From positions 2,089-66,088 of the forward strand of contig JAYEID010000002.1 of NCBI GenBank assembly GCA_034659915.1: a DNA stretch of 64,000 bases, written 5' to 3'. The notes under the pieces were generated by a model, which saw nothing but the letters and a program-made list of their open reading frames with translations, searched no databases and was not told the DNA's origin. The stretch is from Patescibacteria group bacterium. Lineage in GTDB: Bacteria; Patescibacteriota; WWE3; JAUXAW01; JAYEID01. Position numbers and translations under genes: made by a program. Shown in pieces: positions 29,007 to 38,882 of the stretch. Positions within the stretch are counted from its first letter, which is position 1. Each line of letters begins with the position of its first letter.

Positions 29007-30950
29007 ATGACCTCGCAATTCAAAAAAACACTCCTTTTTATTATTATTTTTTCCTCGATTTTCCTTTTTTACTTTTCTCCGCTTGTGTTTAATGTATTTG
29101 GTTCAAGAACTTTGGGTTATTGGGGCGACAAGTTGGGGTTAATTGCCCGCTTGAGGGAAGGGCGCATCGGCTTTTTGAATCAACCTGCGTTACGCTTGAT
29201 GATTGGAATTCTTCGATCGGGTTTTTCTCCTTTTGGAGTTTATAATTTTTTGGTTCTTTTGAGTTTTCCTTTGACCTGCTTTTTTTCTTACCGGTTTTTC
29301 TGTAAAGTTCTGGGCAACGGAAAGACCCTTGAAAACAATAAGACCCGTCCTTCAGGAAAGGACGGGTCTTTCTATCTCTGTGGGGATGGGGGTTTCCTCT
29401 CTTTTCTCTCCTTTGTGCTAGCATTGATTTTTACTTTTTCCCCTTATCATATTTATAAAAGTTATAACCACGTTGACCTTGCGCAGATTTGGGTTTTTCC
29501 TCTTTTCTTTTCTGCGCTTTTGGATTTTGATTATGCAATTAGAAAACGTTTTTTGAGCAGTCATCCTGATCCCGACTTATCGGGAGAAGGATCTACTGCG
29601 AGGGACCTATACAGCAGGGGATTCTTCACCCCCGACAGGTCGGGGGTTCAGAATGACGAGGGAAATATTGTGCAAGCTACTTTGAGGCTTTCTGTTGTGA
29701 TGGCGGGGACGACGTTGATTTCTAATTATTATGGATACTTTACCTTGCTGATAATTGCGATATATTTCACTATTGAACTTTTACGAAATATTGAGAAATA
29801 TGTGCATAGATTTGAGTTATCAGCTACTGATTTACGCAGATTGATAACGGATTTACGCCGATTGTTGAAAACGAACGCTAATCAACGCGAATTGAAAACG
29901 AATATACGCGAATTGAAGAAGGATTTTCGCGGATGGATAGCTGATTTACGCCGATCAGAGGATTCACGTGGATTAATAGCTGATTCACACAGATCGGAAA
30001 ACGAAATGCCGAATGCGGATGGCGGAATGCGGATGGCGGAACGCGGTTTACAAATTACCAGTTACCTGTTACTAGTTGCAAGTTACGTTCTTTTCACCGT
30101 TCCTTTTTTGCTGCCCTATATACGCGGGATTTATTTTGGGGATACTGGTGGTGATGAAGTTGTAGCTCGGGTGGCAACTGGTGTTTCTCGGCGAGATGTG
30201 ACGGATTTTGTGGCTTTTTCCGCGCGGCCGTGGTATTACATTGTTCCCTCTATTGACCACCCTATTTTTGGCAACTTTGCTCAAGGTGTACACGACTGGT
30301 TTGAAAGCACGGGATACTTCCTTTTTGATGATTTTTTTTGGGAAGAACATTCGGCGGTCTATTTAGGAATAGTTAATTTAATTTTGACAGGTTACGCTAT
30401 ATATAAGTTATTCTGGGCAAAAAGAACCGCCGAATGCGGGGTAGAAAATAATGAATATGGAATAAGGAAAGAGGAGGAAATGGTAGATGATAAATTGCAA
30501 ATTTCGAACAATGAAAAAAATGGCAGGGGTACTAGTTACGATCCGCCAGCTGGCGGAACGAATTACATTTCTCTCTTTTTCTGGCTTGGGGTTGGTCTGT
30601 TCATTCTTTCCATGCCGCCGTTTATTTCGTTGGGTTTTGCAAAAATTTATTTACCTTCTTATCTTTTGATGAAGGTCTTTCCGATGTTTAGGACAATTTC
30701 TCGCTTGGGGCTTCCTTTGCTTCTTTGCGTTTTGGTTCTTACCGGCTACGGTTTACAGTTGTTGAAGGAGCGATTTTCTCTTTCTCGTACTAGTTACTTG
30801 TTACTAGTTACCAGTTATTGTTTCCTAGCGCTCTTCGAATTCTACTTCCCGCCGGTGATTAAAAAGGTTCCTCCCGGAGGGTGGCGAATTGATTTCGATA
30901 TTATTTCCGAAAATCCAGAGGTGCGTGAGGTGAATATTATTGAAGAGTAA
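29007..30950 (+). CDS. multi-pass membrane protein (GT-C-like) with a mosaic of in-frame repeat insertions
   Basis: TM-rich N- and C-terminal portions. The central segment is built from F-family hairpins (29568-29648), G-family 'gatttacgc/acgcgaat' repeats (ATDLRRLITDLRRLLKTNANQRELKTNIRELKK...), GCGGAATGCGGATGGCG repeats, H-family repeats, and a family-C hairpin at 29340-29372. Confidence 0.5.
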   Translation: MTSQFKKTLLFIIIFSSIFLFYFSPLVFNVFGSRTLGYWGDKLGLIARLREGRIGFLNQPALRLMIGILRSGFSPFGVYNFLVLLSFPLTCFFSYRFFCKVLGNGKTLENNKTRPSGKDGSFYLCGDGGFLSFLSFVLALIFTFSPYHIYKSYNHVDLAQIWVFPLFFSALLDFDYAIRKRFLSSHPDPDLSGEGSTARDLYSRGFFTPDRSGVQNDEGNIVQATLRLSVVMAGTTLISNYYGYFTLLIIAIYFTIELLRNIEKYVHRFELSATDLRRLITDLRRLLKTNANQRELKTNIRELKKDFRGWIADLRRSEDSRGLIADSHRSENEMPNADGGMRMAERGLQITSYLLLVASYVLFTVPFLLPYIRGIYFGDTGGDEVVARVATGVSRRDVTDFVAFSARPWYYIVPSIDHPIFGNFAQGVHDWFESTGYFLFDDFFWEEHSAVYLGIVNLILTGYAIYKLFWAKRTAECGVENNEYGIRKEEEMVDDKLQISNNEKNGRGTSYDPPAGGTNYISLFFWLGVGLFILSMPPFISLGFAKIYLPSYLLMKVFPMFRTISRLGLPLLLCVLVLTGYGLQLLKERFSLSRTSYLLLVTSYCFLALFEFYFPPVIKKVPPGGWRIDFDIISENPEVREVNIIEE

Positions 30951-30982
30951 CGAAGCGGGGAGCGGAGTGCGGAAAAGTTATT

Positions 30983-32656
30983 GTGCTAATATACATAACA
31001 ATGCGTGATTCACAGAAAGTTTTTTTATTACTTTGTTTTTTTACAGCGCTACGGATAGCTCTTTTTGATGTAAATGCTTGTGAGTGGGGAGATTCATATC
31101 GAGTTCTTGCTAGCGCAAAAAGAATTTCCGAGCTTTCCTTTCCTTTAGAAAATTTTCAATTACCTTTCTTCTCTGCTTTTATTGCTCCTTTCCTTTTCAT
31201 TTTTAAGCCTTTGGTTGCTGGAAGATTGGTTGCCGCCTTGGCTAGTTTTGTGGTTTTAATTCTTTCCTACGAGGTTTCCAAAAAAATATTTCCTGAGCGC
31301 GATTTTCACATTTGGGTACCTGTTATTTTAGCCCTATCTCCAGTTTTCTTTTATTGGTCGCTACGGATAACCTCTATCACCATTTTTACTGCGCTTGTGC
31401 TTTTAGCTTTTTACCTTTTTTATGATTGGCGGGTGGATCTAGTTCCCCGTTTAATTAAGGAAGATCCTCCCCTTCTTAACTATATTTTTATTGGGCTTGT
31501 TATTGGCTTGGCTTGTCTTACCCGGAGAGAAGGAATTTTGCTTTTACCCGGTTTTCTTTTTTATTTTCTTAGACAAAAAAGATGGGTAGAAACAATTCTT
31601 TTTATTTTTGCTTGGGCAGTTGTGGTTTTGCCTTTATTTTTTGGTGGTAGTTTTGTTTTTGCAAATTTTTCTCCTAACACTTTTCTCGCTGACTTATTTT
31701 CTTATCAAGTTGTAACTTGGAATTGGGTTTGGTTTTTTTCCCTTTCTTATCTTTTCTTGTTTATATTTCCGCCCTTTTTTGTGTTTGTTTTTAAAGGTGT
31801 GTTTTCTTTTTTGGAAACTACGCGAGATATGTTGGTGCACTTCCCTCTTTTTGCTTTTATTCTCTTGTTAGAAATTTTGGTTCTCTTGCTTTGGACTTTT
31901 TCTGTTCCCTTAGTTTTGATTCCTTTAATGCCGTTGATTTTACCCTTCTTTTTGGAAGGTGTGGAGAAAATTTTTGCAAAACAGGATGGAGTTGTATTTA
32001 GAACTTGTATTCTTGTGCCTTGGTTTTTTGTTAGTTTGGGTTTGTTTGTGCTGTATATTGTCGGACAGTATTATGTGCGTTCCTATTTTCTTGTTCTTTC
32101 TCGCGGGGGATTGGTACTTGCTTTGGCTTTTTCTGCCTTAGCTTTAATTGCCCTTTTTATTCAAAATGCTGAGAAAGGGCGTAAACTTTTCTTTGCTTCT
32201 TTAGTTGCTGCTTTATCTGTTTCTTCCTTCGTCGTGATTGGAAATCAACGCAAGGTCTATGCTACTGTAGCAAGTTTGGCAAAGAAAGCTCAGAGTTTGG
32301 AAGGTAGGGTTGCCTACTCAGATGAAACTGGTGTTTCTTGGTGGTATTTGGATATCCAAAGCGATAAGGGTGTTTATTATGAGCAAGATATGAATTATGA
32401 AGAGGATGAACAATGGCAGTGGTTGAAGGAGAACAATATTCATTATCTTTTGTGGACCACAGAGTTTAATCGGGGTAGTGTTTTAGATATTGTGAATGCA
32501 GATAATTATAAAGATAGATTTGAACTTAAATTCCAGCGCGAACAAGAGATTGCAGATGCTATTGATACCTTTTTAATTAGACAAGGTGTTTTGCCGGAGA
32601 GGGAGTATCCGGAGTTGGAGAGTAGAATATATGAAGTAAAATCGGATTTACGCTGA
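30983..32656 (+). CDS. multi-pass membrane protein, GT-C-like (PMT/ArnT-related?)
   Basis: At least 12 TM helices with a C-terminal soluble domain. No insertion elements noticed. Confidence 0.5.
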   Translation: MLIYITMRDSQKVFLLLCFFTALRIALFDVNACEWGDSYRVLASAKRISELSFPLENFQLPFFSAFIAPFLFIFKPLVAGRLVAALASFVVLILSYEVSKKIFPERDFHIWVPVILALSPVFFYWSLRITSITIFTALVLLAFYLFYDWRVDLVPRLIKEDPPLLNYIFIGLVIGLACLTRREGILLLPGFLFYFLRQKRWVETILFIFAWAVVVLPLFFGGSFVFANFSPNTFLADLFSYQVVTWNWVWFFSLSYLFLFIFPPFFVFVFKGVFSFLETTRDMLVHFPLFAFILLLEILVLLLWTFSVPLVLIPLMPLILPFFLEGVEKIFAKQDGVVFRTCILVPWFFVSLGLFVLYIVGQYYVRSYFLVLSRGGLVLALAFSALALIALFIQNAEKGRKLFFASLVAALSVSSFVVIGNQRKVYATVASLAKKAQSLEGRVAYSDETGVSWWYLDIQSDKGVYYEQDMNYEEDEQWQWLKENNIHYLLWTTEFNRGSVLDIVNADNYKDRFELKFQREQEIADAIDTFLIRQGVLPEREYPELESRIYEVKSDLR

Positions 32657-32702
32657 TCTGCCTCATCGGCAGACAAGTTGATAGCTGATTCTCGCCAATA
32701 TT

Positions 32703-33383
32703 ATGGATCTTTCTGTAGTGGTACCTGTTTATAATGAAAAAGAAACTATTGAGGAAGTTATTAGTAGGGTCCAAGCATTACCTTTGGAGAAAGAGATAAT
32801 CTTGGTTGATGATAATTCTACCGATGGTTCAACTGAGATTTTAAAAAAGTATCAGGAGGAGAGAAACATTAAGGTGGTGTTTTTTTCTGAAAATAGGGGA
32901 AAGGGTATAGCTCTTAGGGAGGGGTTTGAACACGTTTCTGGTTTGTATACTGTGGTGCAAGATGGTGATTTGGAATATGATCCCCGGGATCTAGTAAAGA
33001 TGTATGAATTTGCCAGGGAGAAAAATGCAGATGTGGTTTATGGAAACCGGTTTTGGGAAGAAGGAAAACCAGAAGGAATGGCTTGGGGAAATTATATTTT
33101 TAATTTAGTACTGGCTAAGCTGGCTACTGTTTTGTATGGTCGAAAAATTAATGACGCTGCTACCTGTTATAAAATGTTTAGGACGGAGTTTTTAAAAAGC
33201 TTGTCTTTGGAGTGTAGGGGCTTTGAGTTTTGTTCCGAAGTTACTGCCAAGTCCCGATTGCGCGGAAAAAGGATTTATGAAGTGCCTATTTCCTATACAC
33301 CGCGAACTGTCTGCGAGGGAAAGAAAATCCGCCCGTGGCATGCTCTTGATTTTTTCTGGGCATTGTTGAAATATAGGTTATGA
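32703..33383 (+). CDS. GT2 polyprenol-phosphate glycosyltransferase (Dpm1-like dolichol/undecaprenyl-phosphate mannosyl- or glucosyltransferase)
   Basis: LSVVVPVYNEKETI...ILVDDNSTDGS...VQDGDLEYDP, with no TM tail, like soluble Dpm1-type enzymes. Confidence 0.75.
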   Translation: MDLSVVVPVYNEKETIEEVISRVQALPLEKEIILVDDNSTDGSTEILKKYQEERNIKVVFFSENRGKGIALREGFEHVSGLYTVVQDGDLEYDPRDLVKMYEFAREKNADVVYGNRFWEEGKPEGMAWGNYIFNLVLAKLATVLYGRKINDAATCYKMFRTEFLKSLSLECRGFEFCSEVTAKSRLRGKRIYEVPISYTPRTVCEGKKIRPWHALDFFWALLKYRL

Positions 33384-33571
33384 GGTTAGCGAATTGGTAT
33401 GGCTAATTTACGCGAGTTTAATAGCGCGAATTAATGCGAATAATCAGTAGTAGGAAGTAGCTAGCAACTAACACCTAGTAATTAGAGACTTGGCTTGCCG
33501 GTAGGTACTGACAGTAGTGTGTTTTTATTAAGTCAGTTTACTTTATCAATTATAAAAAACTGCATGAGATA

Positions 33572-35161
33572 GTGAACAATAGCCGAAAGACACTTTTATT
33601 AACAGGATTTATTTTTTTAATTTTTTTCATTCCTCGTGTTATTTCCCTAGGTCAAAGTATGGTTTCGGATGGGGGGGCGCGTTTCTGGCAGCCGCGGTCT
33701 CGTGAGTTTAGGCAGGCGGTGTTGGAAGGTGATTGGGAATCAACCTATCGCAAATACCACCCGGGGGTAACTGTTATGTGGCTTTCTGGTTTTTCTGAGC
33801 ATCTGTTTGAGAAAGCAGCTGAGTTTAAGCTGGGACGTAATTTACGAAACGAACCTCGCTACGAACCTTATCGCCAAATTGCTTTGAAGCTGCCTTTGGT
33901 GTTTGTAATTTCAGCAGTGGCAGCTTTTTGTTTTTATTTGCTTAGAAGCGTAGTTGATACTGGATTTGCGTTTTTAGCTTTACTCTTTCTTTGTTTGGAA
34001 CCCTTTTTCCTAGGTATTAGTAGATATGTGCATGTTTCTGCTTTGGTTGGAATATTGCCTTTTGCAGTTTTAGTAGCAGCTTATCTTTATCTAAAAAAGG
34101 GGGAGTGGGTTTATCTTATTTTAGCCGGGGCATTTTTTGGCTTATCTGTGATGACTAAAATTGTTGGTGTGGTGGCGGGGGTTTCAGTTTTTGTTCTCTT
34201 TTTAATTTTGCGTAAATTTTGGGAACATTTTAAAAATAAAGATTTTTGGAAGCAGTATATTTTGGAGATGCTAGTTTTTGGTGGTATTGCACTTCTGGTT
34301 TTCTTTTTGTGTTTTCCTGCTGTGTGGATGGATGTAATTGGTGTGTGTCGGCGAATAATAAATGAGGGTGCTATGGGAGTTGCGTTTAGAGGTATTCGCC
34401 CGGATATGATTGTTGATTCAGATTTTACTTATTATTTGGAGATTTTTATTTTCCGTTCAACTCCTGTGGCTGTTTTCTTTTTCTTTTTGTCCTTCTATTA
34501 TCTTTTGAGTGCTAAAGAAAGTGAGGAAAAGAGATTTTCGCTAGCTGCGTTGATTTTTTATGCAGTGACCTGGTTTGCTCTTTCTTATCCTTCAAAGTTA
34601 AAAGATCGGTATTTGGTTGATCTTTATCCATATACTTCTGTTTTATCTGCATACGGGGTATGGGAACTTACCAAGAATTGCGGCAAAAAATTAAAAGTTG
34701 TTCTTGGTTGTGTTGCTGTGTTGTTTTATGGTTCTATTTTTGTGCGTTATCATCCTGAGTATTCTTTTTATTATAATGATGCTCTTGGCGGTGCTGCTGG
34801 GCGCGAGGAACTGGGGCTTTCAGTTAAGAACCGAGGCGAGTATTATGCTCAAGTTGCTACTTATTTAAATAGCTCGGCTCCGGAGCCCGAGATTTGTAAT
34901 AAAAATGCAGTTGTTCTTGATCGGGAAAGAATACCAAGCTTTAAAAACCATTTTATGGGTAAAACATTTTCTGATCCTTCTAATATGCCTGATGGTTATC
35001 ACGCCCACTATTTTGTGACTGATGCTAGATATATTTCTCAAGTGCCGGAGACTTGCTCTTTAATTAAAGAGTTTGGTCCCCGCTTTTATCCTCGGCATAC
35101 TGCATTGTATGTATATGATTGCGGTAAGTCTATAGACAATACTTATGATACTTCAAATTGA
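33572..35161 (+). CDS. GT-C-like membrane protein, tandem paralog A (YRKYHPGVTVMWLSG / MPDGYHAHYFVT signature)
   Basis: Shares N-terminal (HPGVT[VL]MW[LI]SG) and C-terminal (MPDGYHAHY[FI]VT) blocks with 35145..36761 and the HPGVTLMWIG block with 43204..45036. Confidence 0.5.
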   Translation: MNNSRKTLLLTGFIFLIFFIPRVISLGQSMVSDGGARFWQPRSREFRQAVLEGDWESTYRKYHPGVTVMWLSGFSEHLFEKAAEFKLGRNLRNEPRYEPYRQIALKLPLVFVISAVAAFCFYLLRSVVDTGFAFLALLFLCLEPFFLGISRYVHVSALVGILPFAVLVAAYLYLKKGEWVYLILAGAFFGLSVMTKIVGVVAGVSVFVLFLILRKFWEHFKNKDFWKQYILEMLVFGGIALLVFFLCFPAVWMDVIGVCRRIINEGAMGVAFRGIRPDMIVDSDFTYYLEIFIFRSTPVAVFFFFLSFYYLLSAKESEEKRFSLAALIFYAVTWFALSYPSKLKDRYLVDLYPYTSVLSAYGVWELTKNCGKKLKVVLGCVAVLFYGSIFVRYHPEYSFYYNDALGGAAGREELGLSVKNRGEYYAQVATYLNSSAPEPEICNKNAVVLDRERIPSFKNHFMGKTFSDPSNMPDGYHAHYFVTDARYISQVPETCSLIKEFGPRFYPRHTALYVYDCGKSIDNTYDTSN

Positions 35162-36761
35162 TAAACTTAAATCTGGGTTGGACCAAAAACGATTGCTAAT
35201 TTTGTTAGTTTTTTTAATTTTCTTTGTTCCCCGGATTGTTTCTTTGGGCTGGGATCTTACTAATATTGATGCGCACCATTGGCGGCCAAGAATGTGGAAT
35301 TTTTGGGAGGGTTTGGAAAGTGGTAACTTTGGAAAAACTTATCAAAAGTATCATCCCGGTGTTACCTTAATGTGGATTTCTGGTAGTTCTGAACGAGTTT
35401 TTGATCATCTAAGTGAATTCTTATTGGGTTACAATACTCGTAATCTTCCAAAATGGTATCCTTACCGACATTTTGCAGCTAAAGCTCCTTTAGTAATAGT
35501 TATCTCTATTTTAGGTGCCTATTGCTATTTTGTGTTAAAGAAAGCTACAACTAGCACATATGCACTTATATTTTCTATTCTTCTTTCACTTGAACCGTTT
35601 TTTCTTGGTGTTAGCCGTTATTTGCATCTTTCTGCGCTAACTTCAATGTTTATGTTTAGTTCCTTTATAACATTGTATCTTTACACTTTAGAGAAGAAGC
35701 GGTGGCAGTTTGTGCTATCCGCAGTTTTTTTGGGATTGGCAGTATTGACTAAAGTTAATGGGGTGATAGTGGCTTTTACTAATGCGCTACTTTTAGTTTC
35801 TTCTTGTTTTGATTCTCTTGATGATCTGGGCGATTTTTCCAGGTGGAAAAAGTTTTTTGTTCGGGGTTTTGGTTATGCTGCTATTTCTGTTTTTGTATTT
35901 TTTGCTCTTTGGCCCGCAATGTGGGTAGAGCCGCTTGGTGTTGTTAGAAAGATGCTGGATAAGGGTATTGGAGATACTGCTTTTGATAGTGATGGCGCGG
36001 TTATGCTTGTCCCTACCCGCTATTTGTTTTACTTTGAAACGTTTTTCTTGCGTTCCTCACCAATTACTGCTTTGTTGTTTGTTCTTTCTCTGCCTTTAGC
36101 ATTATTTTCTGATTCAGATTTAAAAAACATAAAAAAGCTGTTGCTTTTCTCCCTTTCTTTCCTTTTCTTTAGCTGGTTGTTTTTGTCTATTCCTGATAAG
36201 GTAAAGGACCGCTATTTAATTTCTATGTACCCCGCGTTTTTTGTTTATATTAGTTTTGCTTTGTATGAAATATTGCAACTAGTTCCCAAGCGTGCTGCGG
36301 TTTTAATTTTATTTTTCTTGGGGTCTTATTATGGCTTGACTATTTATAGGTATCACCCACAATATTCTTTTTACTGGAATGATGCTATTGGTGGTCAGCA
36401 CGGGTTAAAGGCTCTGGGCTTGCCAACAATTCGAAGGGGGGAGTATTTTTATCAAGCTGCTTTTTATATAAATAAACTAAGTGATGAGCCGCGAGATAAA
36501 AATACTGTTATTTTTAACTTTGGTATGGAGCCTTGTTTTAAATTTGCTTTTTATGGCAAGACTTTTACAAGTTGGGGTTTTATGCCTGATGGATATCATG
36601 CCCATTATATTGTAACCAGTCCTGAGTATTTGGATAAAGTTCCGTCTTTTTGTGAGTTTAAGAAGACGTTTGGTGTGCGTTCTCCCAATCCTTATCCAGC
36701 TGTTAGAGTTTTTGAATGCGGGAAGAAGATAGATAACACTTTCGAAGAGGAAGATACCTAA
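35145..36761 (+). CDS. GT-C-like membrane protein, tandem paralog B
   Basis: YQKYHPGVTLMWISG...MPDGYHAHYIVTSPEY. Overlaps paralog A by 17 bp. Confidence 0.5.
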   Translation: MILQIDKLKSGLDQKRLLILLVFLIFFVPRIVSLGWDLTNIDAHHWRPRMWNFWEGLESGNFGKTYQKYHPGVTLMWISGSSERVFDHLSEFLLGYNTRNLPKWYPYRHFAAKAPLVIVISILGAYCYFVLKKATTSTYALIFSILLSLEPFFLGVSRYLHLSALTSMFMFSSFITLYLYTLEKKRWQFVLSAVFLGLAVLTKVNGVIVAFTNALLLVSSCFDSLDDLGDFSRWKKFFVRGFGYAAISVFVFFALWPAMWVEPLGVVRKMLDKGIGDTAFDSDGAVMLVPTRYLFYFETFFLRSSPITALLFVLSLPLALFSDSDLKNIKKLLLFSLSFLFFSWLFLSIPDKVKDRYLISMYPAFFVYISFALYEILQLVPKRAAVLILFFLGSYYGLTIYRYHPQYSFYWNDAIGGQHGLKALGLPTIRRGEYFYQAAFYINKLSDEPRDKNTVIFNFGMEPCFKFAFYGKTFTSWGFMPDGYHAHYIVTSPEYLDKVPSFCEFKKTFGVRSPNPYPAVRVFECGKKIDNTFEEEDT

Positions 36762-36915
36762 CTAGCCTCTGTTTTTCTTCAAAAAATTTTACCGGCGAGT
36801 TTAAGAATATGTCTTTATTTTAAAGATATGTATAGGCTGGATTTATAGCGAGGGATGTCTTATAATATTAGTTACTGTCTTTGGCAAGGTTACTTGTTCA
36901 ATTAGGAGGTGGGAA

Positions 36916-37242
36916 ATGGGTACGCCGGTTGAGACCATTGGGGATTTTACCGGGCTTGTAGCGACGCCCGAGTGGAGATGGGAGATGGGGTTGTCGGAGG
37001 GCGCAGCGCTCCTTATTATCCGTGTTGTGGGTATACTTCAACGTGCGCCTTTGGATCGCTTTGGGGATAGTGTCGCTTTGAGTGCGGCACTTCCCGATAT
37101 TAGGAGCGCTGTAGAGGATTTTAAGGACCGGAGCTCGGAGGGAGATCTGCTTATGGAAAAGGTACTTTCCGCAAGTGGTGATCCGGGGGAAGAAGCTCTG
37201 GATTTTTTGGATACTTTGGAGGTGAAGAGCGCGTACTGCTAG
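36916..37242 (+). CDS. hypothetical protein (108 aa), GC-rich relative to locus
   Basis: Strong Shine-Dalgarno AGGAGGTGGGAA immediately upstream of the ATG. Composition is atypical for the window. Confidence 0.4.
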   Translation: MGTPVETIGDFTGLVATPEWRWEMGLSEGAALLIIRVVGILQRAPLDRFGDSVALSAALPDIRSAVEDFKDRSSEGDLLMEKVLSASGDPGEEALDFLDTLEVKSAYC

Positions 37243-37325
37243 TTCCGGTAGGGTAGGAGGAAAGGTGTTTGTTGTCTATTTCGAGAAGGTTAAATTAGGA
37301 ACCGGAAGGACCGGCTCACTAACAG

Positions 37326-38090
37326 ATGGAGGGAGATTCGATGAGTGCTGTAGAGGAGAGGTTCGACGTCTGTGCTGCGCTTGGGGAAAAGCAAAGGATG
37401 TTTGACCCTAACGTAGGAGAATGGTTTGAGTTTTTGGTAACTGACCCGCTTATTATATGTGCACCTGCGCAGTTTTGGTATGTGCAGAGGGTCTTTCCAC
37501 ACTGGTTGGCAGATCTCGAGGTAGCTGGTTTGCGCGTTTTGGGGTGGGAAATACCCGAACCTGGAGCTTATCTAACCGAATCGCGCCAGTTTAAACCAAG
37601 AGGTCTTTACGGGGCACGGACAGAGGTCAACTTTTCAGTTAAGTTGGCAACGCAAGGTGCAATTCGTGACATGGGCGTGGAAGACGATAATGTGGTGACA
37701 GGGGTTGTGAGCCTTGTTCGCAAGAAGTTCGCACTTTTTGTGCTAGAAAAGTACCCACTACCTTTCGATCCATTGAATCCTCTTTACGAAGCGGAGTCAA
37801 GAGTAAGTCTTTTTGGTGGGCTCCCGCGTGCTTCAGTAGAGGAGCTGGAATTGTGTAGGTTCAAGGAGTTTCTAGATGAGGAAGGCGCTGCGTTGCTTTC
37901 CTTTGAGACTAGAAAGTACAATTATTCGTCGAGTGTGATGCTCTTTGAGGGAGCTTTTACTTGGCACCATCCTTTTTCCGAGCTAGCTATTATGGGAGTT
38001 CGGAGGCGTGCGGGGGAATGGTTGGGAAGAAAGTCGCGACTTAAGCATCCGATCCGGGAGTTCCATTTGGATTTTGAGTCACCAAGGTAG
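37326..38090 (+). CDS. hypothetical protein (254 aa), GC-rich relative to locus
   Basis: Long ORF with no motifs recognised. Adjacent to RAYT-1. Confidence 0.4.
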   Translation: MEGDSMSAVEERFDVCAALGEKQRMFDPNVGEWFEFLVTDPLIICAPAQFWYVQRVFPHWLADLEVAGLRVLGWEIPEPGAYLTESRQFKPRGLYGARTEVNFSVKLATQGAIRDMGVEDDNVVTGVVSLVRKKFALFVLEKYPLPFDPLNPLYEAESRVSLFGGLPRASVEELELCRFKEFLDEEGAALLSFETRKYNYSSSVMLFEGAFTWHHPFSELAIMGVRRRAGEWLGRKSRLKHPIREFHLDFESPR

Positions 38091-38164
38091 AGCTGAGTAG
38101 CGAAGAATATATTGCCGGAGTTTTGGACGTTCGCGTCCCGGGCTCCGGCCTTTTTTTGCGATAT

Positions 38165-38198
38165 GAAAGGACGATATGAAAGGACGGGTCTTGCGAGC
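38165..38198. repeat. family-C half-site (GAAAGGACGggtcttgcgagc with local 13-bp duplication), right-hand inverted terminus flanking RAYT-1
   Basis: gaaaggacgatatgaaaggacgggtcttgcgagc. Its reverse complement matches 38883-38903 (gctcgcaagacccgtcctt). Confidence 0.75.
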
Positions 38199-38219
38199 TA
38201 CTGTTTTTATAGGAAAAAG

Positions 38220-38873
38220 TCAATCTAGCATTAAATATTTCAGATTGAGTTTTTCTGGTTCGGTTATTGGGGCTTCTGTGAATTTCTTGTATTCTACGTT
38301 TTTTGGTTCTGGGAGTTGGTCCAGTGTAGGATTGGTATTGATTAGGTTGTTGGGTTCATTGCCAATGTAAATGTGATAGCTGGACCACGGGTAATCTTCT
38401 GGGTTTCTAACTATGCCGGATTGACACGGGTTAAGATGAATATATCTGGAGAGGTTTAGTAAATCTGCATCGTCTGCTACCTCGCGTGCTTTAAATCTTC
38501 CTTGAAAAAGGGACCCGACACGCTCATATTTTTGATTGAAGTACATTACATAAGTGGTGCCAATTGTTCTCATAAAGTTACTTATGCTTTTTTCTTGGTC
38601 TAGTTGTTTGAGGATAAAGTGGAAGTGGTTGGGCATAAGTGTGTAAGCAATTAGACTAACTTTTTCTCTAAATTTGCCCAAGTTGGAAAGTCCCATCCTT
38701 GCGGAAAGGACGGGACTTTCCTTTCCCTTTTCTCTTAATATTAAATAGTATCGGAGTATGTTTGTGAAGTTTTTATAATCGGCGTAATCTACAAAAATTG
38801 TACGCTTTTCAACTCCGCGGTTGTAAATGTGGTAGTAGCCACCTTTGTGGAAAATAGTTTTTCGATAAGGCAT
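38220..38873 (-). CDS. REP-associated tyrosine transposase (RAYT; IS200/IS605-like HUH Y1 transposase)
   Basis: GYYHIYNRGVEKRTIF (TnpA_REP N-motif), HUH motif MPNHFHFIL, and C-terminal RYIHLNPCQSGIVRNPEDYPWSSY (catalytic Tyr plus NP...WSSY). It contains its own family-C hairpin at 38686-38722. Confidence 0.8.
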   Translation of the reverse strand: MPYRKTIFHKGGYYHIYNRGVEKRTIFVDYADYKNFTNILRYYLILREKGKESPVLSARMGLSNLGKFREKVSLIAYTLMPNHFHFILKQLDQEKSISNFMRTIGTTYVMYFNQKYERVGSLFQGRFKAREVADDADLLNLSRYIHLNPCQSGIVRNPEDYPWSSYHIYIGNEPNNLINTNPTLDQLPEPKNVEYKKFTEAPITEPEKLNLKYLMLD

Positions 38874-38882
38874 AAGATTAAG

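Noticed and set aside
38220-38873. Classic IS200/IS605 insertion sequence with tnpB
   Set aside because: There is no TnpB-like ORF and no subterminal IS605-type hairpin pair. Instead the Y1 transposases carry RAYT-specific C-terminal motifs and are flanked by REP-type palindromes, so they are called RAYTs rather than IS elements.
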